From assembly GCF_002945325.1 (NCBI RefSeq), contig NZ_CP026606.1:1380001-1412000 (forward strand): a DNA stretch of 32,000 nucleotides, in the 5' to 3' direction. The DNA comes from Methanococcus maripaludis (GTDB taxonomy: Archaea > AGJL01 > Methanococci > Methanococcales > Methanococcaceae). A program made the position numbers and the translations under genes. Positions 24,254-32,000 of the stretch are shown piece after piece. The notes below the pieces were generated by a model that searched no databases, was not told the DNA's origin, and saw only the letters and a program-made list of their open reading frames with translations. Each line of letters starts with the position of its first letter. Within the stretch, counting starts at the first letter, position 1.

Positions 24254-25417
24254 ATGAGCAATGAAATGTATTATGTACAGGCTTCTGACCCGGCAATACT
24301 CGAAAAAGGAGAATGTGGTGGTGCAGTTACTGCACTCTTCAAATATCTTTTAGACAAGGGTATTGTTGACGGTGTTTTAGCTTTGAAAAAAGGTGTTGAT
24401 GTATATGACGCAATTCCAACGTTTGTTACATCTTCAGAAGATTTGTTGAGTACTGCAGGTTCTCTACACTGCGCCCCTACAATGTGGGGCGGAATTATAA
24501 AAGAATACTTACAAGATGCAAAAATTGCAGTTCCGGTAAAACCTTGCGACATGAGGGCAATTGTTGAACTTGCAAAAAGAGCACAGATTAATCTTGACAA
24601 CGTCTACATGATTGGATTGAATTGCGGTGGAACAGTTCCTCCAAAAACCGCAATGGAAATGATAAAATTATTCTACGAAGTAGATCCAAAAGACGTTGTA
24701 AAAGAAGAAATCGATAAGGGTAAGTTTATAATCGTCATGAAAGACGGAACCCACAAAGAAGTTAAAATGCACGATCTCGAAGACAACGGCTACGGAAGAA
24801 GAGTAAACTGTCAGAGATGTGATGAAAAAATCCCCCGAAAAGCAGATATTGCTGCTGGAAACTGGGGTGTAATTGGAGAAGATGCTGGAAAATATACCTT
24901 CATGGAAGTATGCACTGAAAAAGGTAAGCAGTTACTTGAAAGTGCAGAAAAAGATGGATATATTAAGAAAAAAGCTCCAAATCCAAAAGGACTTGAAATA
25001 AGGGCAAAAGTAGAAAGCTCAATGTTAAAAATGGGCGAAGACTACAAGAGAAAATGGCTCGAAGAAGAATATCCATCAATTGAAGAGTGGAATAGACAGT
25101 GGAATAAGTGTATAAAATGCTACGGCTGTAGGGATGTATGTCCAGTATGTTTCTGTAGGGATTGTGCACTTACTGCTGACTACGTTGACACAGGATCAAT
25201 ACCGCCTGATCCAATAATGTTCCAGGGCGTTAGAATGTCTCACATGGCATTTAGCTGTGTAAACTGTGGCCAGTGTGAAGATGTATGCCCTATGGAAATT
25301 CCAGTTGCAAGAATATTCCACAAAATTCAGGAAAAAACAAGAAAAGAGCTTGGATACAGACCAGGTGTTGACGATGAAGCACCACCTGCACTTGGAGGGT
25401 CATGCCCAACTCAATAA
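24254..25417 (+). CDS. fdhB: Formate dehydrogenase beta subunit (F420-interacting, FrhB-like, with 2 [4Fe-4S] motifs)
   Basis: FrhB/FdhB-like N-terminal region (GECGGAVTALFKYLL) and C-terminal cluster motifs CIKCYGCRDVCPVC and CVNCGQCEDVCP. It starts 35 nt after fdhA. Confidence 0.9.
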   Translation: MSNEMYYVQASDPAILEKGECGGAVTALFKYLLDKGIVDGVLALKKGVDVYDAIPTFVTSSEDLLSTAGSLHCAPTMWGGIIKEYLQDAKIAVPVKPCDMRAIVELAKRAQINLDNVYMIGLNCGGTVPPKTAMEMIKLFYEVDPKDVVKEEIDKGKFIIVMKDGTHKEVKMHDLEDNGYGRRVNCQRCDEKIPRKADIAAGNWGVIGEDAGKYTFMEVCTEKGKQLLESAEKDGYIKKKAPNPKGLEIRAKVESSMLKMGEDYKRKWLEEEYPSIEEWNRQWNKCIKCYGCRDVCPVCFCRDCALTADYVDTGSIPPDPIMFQGVRMSHMAFSCVNCGQCEDVCPMEIPVARIFHKIQEKTRKELGYRPGVDDEAPPALGGSCPTQ

Positions 25418-25429
25418 ATTATTTATTAA

Positions 25430-26821
25430 TTATTTATTTTTTAATTTTTTTAGTTCTGAAACATAACCTACAAAAGCACCTGCTGAAATTGTATCCCCAA
25501 GTCCAACGGTACTTTTTGGGTTCTCAACGATTCTTGAAGGAACTAAAATAATTTTGTAACCCTCTAATTCTTTTTCTTTTGAAATGTTTTCAACTATCTC
25601 TTTTAGTAACTCGCCGTGTTTATTATGGGGTATTTTAAGACCGGTTTTTAAATCATCGATACATGAAATCTGTCCGAGAGCGGCTTTTGTTGATGCTAAA
25701 ACTGTTGCAAATTCGAGGGTTTTTTCCAAAGATTCGTCACTTAAAATGCCTCCCTTTTTACAGAGATACATTATGTAGTACATTGTATGTACCTGCATTC
25801 CTTCTAAATTGTACTTTTCAAGAAGTATTTTTGAAGCTTTTAGCACATCTTCGATTTTACTGTATTTTAAAATTCCTTCACTTAATTCTTCATATCCTAA
25901 AACATGAATTATGTTTGCAATTTCAGTTTCATCCATCCCAACACAGTCGACTTCGGGTAAAATTGATTCTGCAATTTTTTTTCTCATTTCGGTGTTTTGA
26001 ATCGATGCAAATTCAAAATGTACTTTTAAGTCTTTATTTTCTTTTTTTAACGATTTTATATCTTCTTTAACTTTATTTAAGTAGTATTCTGAAGTTTTTC
26101 CATCAGAATACTCTTCTTTAATCGCTTGAACCCCTGAAATTATTGCACAATCGACTAATTTTCCAATTTCTGGCACATGGTTTTTTAATTCATCCTTTAT
26201 TTCAATTCGTAAATTTTCCGGGCGAGATGCAACGATAAATCGGTTACTTTGAGGAGTTATAATTTTTTTGTCCTGTAAATAAAATTCAATATCTTCTTTG
26301 TACTCAAAAATCCGATTTATTTTAAGTTCATCGTTTTTAAAAGATTCAATTGGTTTTTTTAAAACCAGTTTTCCATTCGTAATATTTGGAAATACTAAAT
26401 TTTCATTATTTTCAAACATTTCAGCCTGTTTTTTTGCCAAAATTGGAGAATAAAAAATTATTTTTTTTAAATTTAAAATTGAGAGTAAATTTGAGATTAT
26501 TCCTACCTGCCCCCCTATTCTTTCTTCATTGTAGTTTAGGCTGTTTAAAAAAGTATCAATTTCTAAATTATTTTTCAAGGGAACTTCTGCAGGTTTTCCA
26601 GATTTCATCGCATGAATTAACCTTGCAACAAAATCTATCGGTTTTTCAATTGTTCGAGGGTACTCTTCAATTTTCATTTTAATTTCTGAATCGCTAAAAT
26701 TTTCTTTTAATTCTTCAATATCTGAAAGATCTGCCAGATATTTTAATGCATCGACATTTACATTATATGCTAAAAAAATAGAAACGTTTGAAAAGTCTTT
26801 AAAATGATTAATCAGTTCCAT
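25430..26821 (-). CDS. pfkC: ADP-dependent phosphofructokinase/glucokinase
   Basis: Ribokinase-like ADP-dependent sugar kinase family. The C-terminal signature NPKSTVGLGDTISAGAF and the N-terminal FLAYNVNVDA are characteristic. GAGGGGGT SD upstream. Confidence 0.88.
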   Translation of the reverse strand: MELINHFKDFSNVSIFLAYNVNVDALKYLADLSDIEELKENFSDSEIKMKIEEYPRTIEKPIDFVARLIHAMKSGKPAEVPLKNNLEIDTFLNSLNYNEERIGGQVGIISNLLSILNLKKIIFYSPILAKKQAEMFENNENLVFPNITNGKLVLKKPIESFKNDELKINRIFEYKEDIEFYLQDKKIITPQSNRFIVASRPENLRIEIKDELKNHVPEIGKLVDCAIISGVQAIKEEYSDGKTSEYYLNKVKEDIKSLKKENKDLKVHFEFASIQNTEMRKKIAESILPEVDCVGMDETEIANIIHVLGYEELSEGILKYSKIEDVLKASKILLEKYNLEGMQVHTMYYIMYLCKKGGILSDESLEKTLEFATVLASTKAALGQISCIDDLKTGLKIPHNKHGELLKEIVENISKEKELEGYKIILVPSRIVENPKSTVGLGDTISAGAFVGYVSELKKLKNK

Positions 26822-26844
26822 ATCTACCCCCTCTCAAAATAAAA

Positions 26845-28161
26845 TTATTTGGAAGTTATAATATATTTTCCATTTATGTATTTTTTTTCATAATCAATTT
26901 TTGAACCTGTTAAACATTCATGAGCTATCTTTTTTCCATATTCAACTGCAGGCTGGTCAAATGCATTAATCCCGTAAAGTTCTCCAGAAATCGCAGTCTG
27001 CATTTCGTACATCAAGAAAAGTTTTCCCATGGTGATTTCATTTAATTCTGAAAGTGTAATCTTTACATTTGGAATATCATTATGTTTCATCGAGTTTTCA
27101 GTTCCAACTAGTTCTGAAGTAATTACTTCGGATAAATTATGGCCTGAAAGATGGTGGTCATATTCGTACTCAATTTTCAAGTCATTTCTATATTTATTTA
27201 CTTTTAAAAATGTCGCGATTTTATCATCCGGGCCGTCCATATAGAGTTGTAGTTGGGAATGCTGGCTTGTTGCACCAACTGCAATAACTGGAGTCTGTCC
27301 AAAACCATTTTTTCCAAGACTTTCAGCCCAGAGCTGTCCGTACCACATTCCAAAACTTCTAAGTCGTTCAATATAGGGCATCATTACTGAAACAGTTTTT
27401 CCTCGGTTGTACATAAGTTTATGAATTACTGCATTCATTAAAGCTGGATTTTTGAAAATATCTTCGCATTTGCAAGATTTTTCTATACTTTTAGCACCAT
27501 CAATTAATTTTTTGATATCTACATTAGTACATGAAAGTGGAGCAATCCCAACTGATGATAGAACAGAAAATCTTCCTCCTACATTTTCTGGAACTTCAAA
27601 ATGAATGTATTTTTCTTTTTTCGTAATTTTTTCAAGTTCCCCGCCGCTCGTAATCGAAACAACATGTTTTTCCAAATCAATGTTTTTCTTTTTCATTAAA
27701 GTTCTAACTATAAAGAAATTTGCGAGGGTTTCAACGGTATTTCCCGATTTACTTATGACAAATACGAGGGTTTTTTCCAAATCAATGTTTGATAAAATAT
27801 CATGGGTTTTTTCAGGGTCAGAATTGTCCATATAGTATATTCTTGGAATTTCGTACCTTGATGTGAAATTTCCAAGTATTCCTGTTTCAGCAGCCCTTAA
27901 ACCTAAATTTGATCCACCTATTCCAATAATAAGAATATTTTCAAAGTTTTTGGAGTACTCATTTAATTCGTAATATTTATCTAAATTATCATTCAAAACA
28001 TCTAAAAATCCAAATTCCCCATTAAGTTCTTTTTCTTTTAAATTTTCAATAATTTTTGAAGATTCATTGTTAAATGATTCTAATTCTACATTATTAATTC
28101 CCAAATTGCCCAAAGTTTCTTCCATTACATTATCGTATTTGAAGGATAGTTCCCCGTTCAT
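26845..28161 (-). CDS. pgi: Glucose-6-phosphate isomerase
   Basis: PGI signatures IGIGGSNLG, VISKSGNTVET and VGGRFSVLSSVG. GGAGG SD lies 6 nt upstream. Confidence 0.9.
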   Translation of the reverse strand: MNGELSFKYDNVMEETLGNLGINNVELESFNNESSKIIENLKEKELNGEFGFLDVLNDNLDKYYELNEYSKNFENILIIGIGGSNLGLRAAETGILGNFTSRYEIPRIYYMDNSDPEKTHDILSNIDLEKTLVFVISKSGNTVETLANFFIVRTLMKKKNIDLEKHVVSITSGGELEKITKKEKYIHFEVPENVGGRFSVLSSVGIAPLSCTNVDIKKLIDGAKSIEKSCKCEDIFKNPALMNAVIHKLMYNRGKTVSVMMPYIERLRSFGMWYGQLWAESLGKNGFGQTPVIAVGATSQHSQLQLYMDGPDDKIATFLKVNKYRNDLKIEYEYDHHLSGHNLSEVITSELVGTENSMKHNDIPNVKITLSELNEITMGKLFLMYEMQTAISGELYGINAFDQPAVEYGKKIAHECLTGSKIDYEKKYINGKYIITSK

Positions 28162-28192
28162 CGTACTCCTCCCGAAAAATAGTTATGGTTAT

Positions 28193-29761
28193 TTAAAAGT
28201 AGTGTTTGTACATTGCACCGCCAAAAAGTGCCCTGTATCGTTCAGAACTGTCGTTATTTTGCCAGCTCAGGTTTTTTTGTACATGGTGGTAGCAGTTTTT
28301 AATTAACATGTATAATGGACTATTTTCCTCATACGGACTTTCTGGGCAGTGCACGTGTTTATAATTTATAAAAAGACAGGCTTCTTCTAAATTGTAAAAC
28401 GACCAGTAGAGCCCGTGTTCAATACCCCATTTAAATCCGTATTTATCATAATCATTAAATAAAACACCTGTTGCTATATCAAAATTTGGATTTTTATGCG
28501 GATCAGGGTGAAGTGAAATTACAGTATCACTTAAACCTCCAGTATTTCTGGCGATTACTGGAGTTCCATAAGACATTGATTCCATCTGTGTTAATCCACA
28601 AGGCTCCCAAAGAGACGGCACAACAGTCCAGTCGCATCCTGCATAAATAATGGGAATTATTGGAGGGCAGTGTCCAACTAATGCCATGATTTTGTCAGGA
28701 TAACTTTCTGCAAAATCTTTTATTTTTTCCTCAATGGATTTTTCCCCTTTTGATACAAGTACGAAATTAGCGTTATTTTCTTCTAATACTTCGGGCATTG
28801 TTTCAAATATCAAATCAAAACCTTTTTGATAGGTAGCACGGCCTACAAATCCGATCATTGGAGTTTTCAATTTTCCTTTGATATTGCCGTGTATTTCAAT
28901 ATCGCTGCCCGAAATATTACTTTTATCCATCTCGTTCCAATCATTAATATATTTTTTTAAATTTTCGCATTTACAAAACCACGATTCTTTTATTTTTGGT
29001 TTTACTACCGCTGCATTTGAAATATCGTAATTTTCAATATAACAGTAATCTTTAGGGTTTAGTTTTCCGTTGCTTAAATTTTTCATTCTTTCAATAATCG
29101 ATTCTGGAGAATAAACGTCCGTGTCTATTCCATTAATTATCCCGTGAAAGGGTTTTTCCTTACATAATTTTTTTAAAAAGTCTAAATTTCGTATTTCTTC
29201 TGCATGGTTAGGACTTACAGTATTAACTGCATCGCTAAAATATATCCCATGTTCTAAAAATGAGAATATGTGGCCTTTGTATTCAATTATTGGGCCTTTA
29301 AATGCTTCGTTATGTATTGTAAGTGTCGTTGGAAGATTTAGTTTTTCATGACATTTTGCAATTGCAAGTCCGCAAGGCCAGTCGTGTCCTGACACACATT
29401 CAATGTTTTCAATATCTGAAAGGAAAGATACAACTAAATCTGCAAAAATTTCGTATTTTATAGGATCCCAGCTATCAAGCTGATTTATTTCAGGATTACT
29501 AAATGCAAAAATCTCAAAATTAGAACTTGGATGAACTGCTTTTACCACGTCAAAAAAGAGTTTTGAGCCTTGATATTTTACTTCTATTTTTTTTACAATC
29601 TCATGAGGTCTTTTTGAAATTTTGTTTTGATGATCATATGTTATTACATATACTTCATTTCCTAAATTCTTTAAAAATTTTGGTAAATCTTCTAAAATAT
29701 CCCCTAGTCCCCCTATCGACGTTAAAGGCGCTATTGTCGGTGTTAATGTAACTATTTTCAT
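28193..29761 (-). CDS. glgA: Glycogen (starch) synthase, GT5-type
   Basis: N-terminal KIVTLTP..APLTSIGGLGD (the KxGGL-like motif) and C-terminal PSLWEPCGLTQMESMSYGTPVIARNTGGLSDTV are typical of GT5 glycogen synthases. The start is probably ATG at 29761 (MKIVTL...) rather than the ORF-track ATG at 29779. Confidence 0.82.
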   Translation of the reverse strand: MKIVTLTPTIAPLTSIGGLGDILEDLPKFLKNLGNEVYVITYDHQNKISKRPHEIVKKIEVKYQGSKLFFDVVKAVHPSSNFEIFAFSNPEINQLDSWDPIKYEIFADLVVSFLSDIENIECVSGHDWPCGLAIAKCHEKLNLPTTLTIHNEAFKGPIIEYKGHIFSFLEHGIYFSDAVNTVSPNHAEEIRNLDFLKKLCKEKPFHGIINGIDTDVYSPESIIERMKNLSNGKLNPKDYCYIENYDISNAAVVKPKIKESWFCKCENLKKYINDWNEMDKSNISGSDIEIHGNIKGKLKTPMIGFVGRATYQKGFDLIFETMPEVLEENNANFVLVSKGEKSIEEKIKDFAESYPDKIMALVGHCPPIIPIIYAGCDWTVVPSLWEPCGLTQMESMSYGTPVIARNTGGLSDTVISLHPDPHKNPNFDIATGVLFNDYDKYGFKWGIEHGLYWSFYNLEEACLFINYKHVHCPESPYEENSPLYMLIKNCYHHVQKNLSWQNNDSSERYRALFGGAMYKHYF

Positions 29762-29865
29762 AAAAATACCCCTTCTCATATACTCCCGTATTTTTATATG
29801 CTAATGAAAATATATGTTTAATAGAGAATATATTAGTTTTTAATCTTTGAAGGGGAGTATGTGAA

Positions 29866-31041
29866 ATGAAGGTGTCCATCGTTACTTGGGAGTACCACCC
29901 CGTAATGGTTGGTGGTTTAGCAGTACATTGTAAGGGGTTATCTGAAGCGCTCGTAAGGGCAGGAAACGAAGTTGACGTGATAACTGTCGGCTATGACCTT
30001 CCAGAATATGAAGAAATAAATGGGGTAAATGTTTATCGGGTAAAGCCAATTTCCCACAATAATTTTTTAACTTGGGCAATGTTTATGGCAAGTTCCTTTG
30101 AAAAAAAGATAGGGAGTTTAGGTGTTGAAAATTATGACGTAATACACTGCCACGACTGGATGACTTCGTTTGTCGGTTCAAATATAAAGCACACGACAAA
30201 AAAGCCATATGTTCAATCAATTCACAGTACTGAGCGAGGACGTTGTGGCGGAATTAATTCTGAAGATTCAAGGGCAATAAACGATGCGGAATGGTGGGGA
30301 AGCTATGAAGCAAATCAATTAATTGCAGTAAGTCATTCAATTAAAGATGAGATGTGTTTTGGATTTAATACGCCATGGGAAAAGGTAAACGTGATATATA
30401 ATGGCGTAAATCCTTGGGAATTTGATATTAATGGCGATGATAATGAAAAATACAATTTCAGACGAAATCTGGGTGTAAATGATAATGAAAACATGATTCT
30501 TTACGTTGGAAGGCTTGTTTATCAAAAAGGGGTTGAACATTTAATCAGGGGATTTCAAAAGTTTTTAATTGGACATCCTAATTCAAAACTAATAATTGCA
30601 GGGGAGGGGCACATGCAGGGCCATTTGGAGCATTTAGCATGGGTTTTGGGATGTGGTGACAGAGTTATTTTTTTAGGATTTAAAAATGGAACTTTTCTAA
30701 AAAAACTATACAAATATGCGGATGCATGTGTTATTCCTTCGGTTTATGAACCCTTTGGAATTGTTGCACTCGAATCAATGGCTGCAGGAACTCCTGTTGT
30801 TGCAAGCGATGTTGGAGGCCTTAGTGAAATTATAAACCATGAATACAACGGGGTTAAAGTTTACCCGAGAGACGCAGATTCTATTGCATGGGGTCTTGAT
30901 AGGGTAATTTCTGACTGGGGATTTAGAGAATGGGTAGTTAAAAATGCAAAGCACGATGCATATACGAAATACAGCTGGGATGCAATCGCAAATCAAACGA
31001 TTCAGGTATATAAACGTGCAATCGAAATGATGAAGCAATAA
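29866..31041 (+). CDS. GT-B glycosyltransferase, family 4-like (second glycogen-synthase-like enzyme)
   Basis: N-terminal MKVSIVTWEYHPVMVGGLAVH and the C-terminal EX7E-region motif PSVYEPFGIVALESMAAGTPVVASDVGGLSEII. It is divergent from glgA. Confidence 0.8.
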   Translation: MKVSIVTWEYHPVMVGGLAVHCKGLSEALVRAGNEVDVITVGYDLPEYEEINGVNVYRVKPISHNNFLTWAMFMASSFEKKIGSLGVENYDVIHCHDWMTSFVGSNIKHTTKKPYVQSIHSTERGRCGGINSEDSRAINDAEWWGSYEANQLIAVSHSIKDEMCFGFNTPWEKVNVIYNGVNPWEFDINGDDNEKYNFRRNLGVNDNENMILYVGRLVYQKGVEHLIRGFQKFLIGHPNSKLIIAGEGHMQGHLEHLAWVLGCGDRVIFLGFKNGTFLKKLYKYADACVIPSVYEPFGIVALESMAAGTPVVASDVGGLSEIINHEYNGVKVYPRDADSIAWGLDRVISDWGFREWVVKNAKHDAYTKYSWDAIANQTIQVYKRAIEMMKQ

Positions 31042-31145
31042 ATTATTATAAAACTTGGAATTAATATATTTAATAAGACTTAATTTTGATTTTTACATTT
31101 TTTATATTATTTAAATAATTTTTCAATAGATTCAGGGTGGGGCTG

Positions 31146-32000
31146 ATGGTTGGAATTATTGGAAATGGAAATATCCTTGCAAAAATAGATGATTCAGGGT
31201 CTATTGAGTACATGTTTTACCCGAGCCTCGGCTATGAAAAACACATTTTTGACGCTTCTTTTGCAATTTACAATCACGGCCTTAGGTGGGCGTGGGACAA
31301 TGGTTGGGAAATTAATCAAAGTTACGTGAAAGATACGAATATTTTGCGTACCACTTACGAATGCAATGAATTTTTGATGGAATCAAGAGATTATATTCCA
31401 ATTTCTCACAATATAATAATAAAACAGATTTCAATATCTAATAAAACCGATGAAACTCAGGATTTGAAATTATTTTTTTATGAAAATTTACGAATGGGTG
31501 AAATTCCAAGGGAAAATACCGTCCAGTTCATGAAAGACCCCAGAATGATTATGAAATACGATGGAATGTACTCGATGTGTATTGGAAGCGATAAAAAAAT
31601 CGATTCATACCAATGCGGGGTTAGGTCTTCTGATAAAAGTGCATTGATTGACATTTCAAATGGAATTTTAAAAGAATATTCTACTTCTTCAGGCCTTATA
31701 ACTGATAGTGCTATTTCATGGGATTTAAAACTACTTCCTGGTCAAAAACAGTCAGTTTCTGTTTATATCATCATGAACGAGTACAAAGGAGACCAGTATA
31801 AATTGATGGAAACAATGGATTCTATTAAAGTTGTTATTGATAATCACGAAGACTTCTACCAACTTACAAACTCATACTGGAAAAATTTGCTCGAAACAAC
31901 GATAAGTAAATTAAGTGCAAATGAATTAAACCGGGTTTCAATGTGCGAAGATTTGTGTAAACGGTCTCTTTTAACACTGCTTCTTTTATGTGATCGGGGC
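31146..32000 (+). CDS. GH15 glucoamylase-family glycoside hydrolase, N-terminal 285 codons; continues beyond the window end
   Basis: Manual translation from ATG 31146 is open to position 32000: MVGIIGNGNILAKIDDSGSIEYMFYPSLGYEKHIF...RSLLTLLLLCDRG. The GNG..a.id..Gsi.....P N-terminus and the RSLLTL..L motif are typical of archaeal GH15 enzymes. GGGTGGGG SD upstream. It is absent from the ORF track because it is truncated. Confidence 0.75.
   Translation, partial: MVGIIGNGNILAKIDDSGSIEYMFYPSLGYEKHIFDASFAIYNHGLRWAWDNGWEINQSYVKDTNILRTTYECNEFLMESRDYIPISHNIIIKQISISNKTDETQDLKLFFYENLRMGEIPRENTVQFMKDPRMIMKYDGMYSMCIGSDKKIDSYQCGVRSSDKSALIDISNGILKEYSTSSGLITDSAISWDLKLLPGQKQSVSVYIIMNEYKGDQYKLMETMDSIKVVIDNHEDFYQLTNSYWKNLLETTISKLSANELNRVSMCEDLCKRSLLTLLLLCDRG

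Noticed and set aside
1-32000. Scanned for CRISPR arrays, transposases, integrases, toxin-antitoxin pairs, restriction-modification or other defence or mobile elements
   Set aside because: No regularly spaced repeats of 24 nt or more were seen, nor any recognisable transposase, integrase, Cas, nuclease-methylase or small paired ORFs. Every long ORF is accounted for by housekeeping, signalling or carbohydrate functions.

Overview
AT-rich archaeal chromosomal segment. Gene content, gene order and GGTGAT-type Shine-Dalgarno boxes fit a Methanococcus (M. maripaludis-like) genome; that assignment is an inference from sequence and gene order, since no search could be run. The window is densely coding and mostly housekeeping. 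In order it contains: (1) the minus-strand ribosomal/RNA polymerase cluster S13-S4-S11-RpoD-L18e (L18e truncated at the window start); (2) a divergent tRNA pair, Ser-GGA on the minus strand and Cys-GCA on the plus strand; (3) class I lysyl-tRNA synthetase, an acidic hypothetical protein, and an isolated beta/gamma pair of a 2-oxoacid:ferredoxin oxidoreductase; (4) a long co-directional plus-strand run of a multidomain zinc-finger/S1/OB/DHH RecJ-like protein, FEN-1, a small membrane protein, a 52-aa 2x[4Fe-4S] ferredoxin missing from the ORF track, PurO, an HxxE...H mini-hydrolase-like protein, transaldolase, a PUA-SAM methyltransferase and phosphopantothenate synthetase; (5) a sensory module of a divergent FIST-wHTH protein, a stand-alone receiver and a double-Cache/HAMP histidine kinase, followed by a YbjQ-like gene; (6) the formate locus fdhC, membrane/beta-rich ORF, beta-carbonic anhydrase, fdhA and fdhB; (7) a glycogen/glycolysis island with ADP-PFK, PGI, a GT5 glycogen synthase, a divergent GT4 transferase and a truncated GH15 glucoamylase. 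The strongest non-trivial signals are these. fdhA is split in the ORF track by an in-frame TGA at 22587-22589 that sits at the conserved Sec/Cys active-site position. A hairpin with the archaeal SECIS signature (GAA/A internal loop) lies in the fdhA 5' leader at 22108-22141. A direct-repeat array lies upstream of fdhA. TGTG...CACA dyads sit just downstream of the TATA boxes of three consecutive promoters (receiver-kinase operon, ybjQ-like gene, fdhC), tentatively linking the sensory module to the formate locus. No CRISPR array, transposase, integrase or obvious mobile element was seen.
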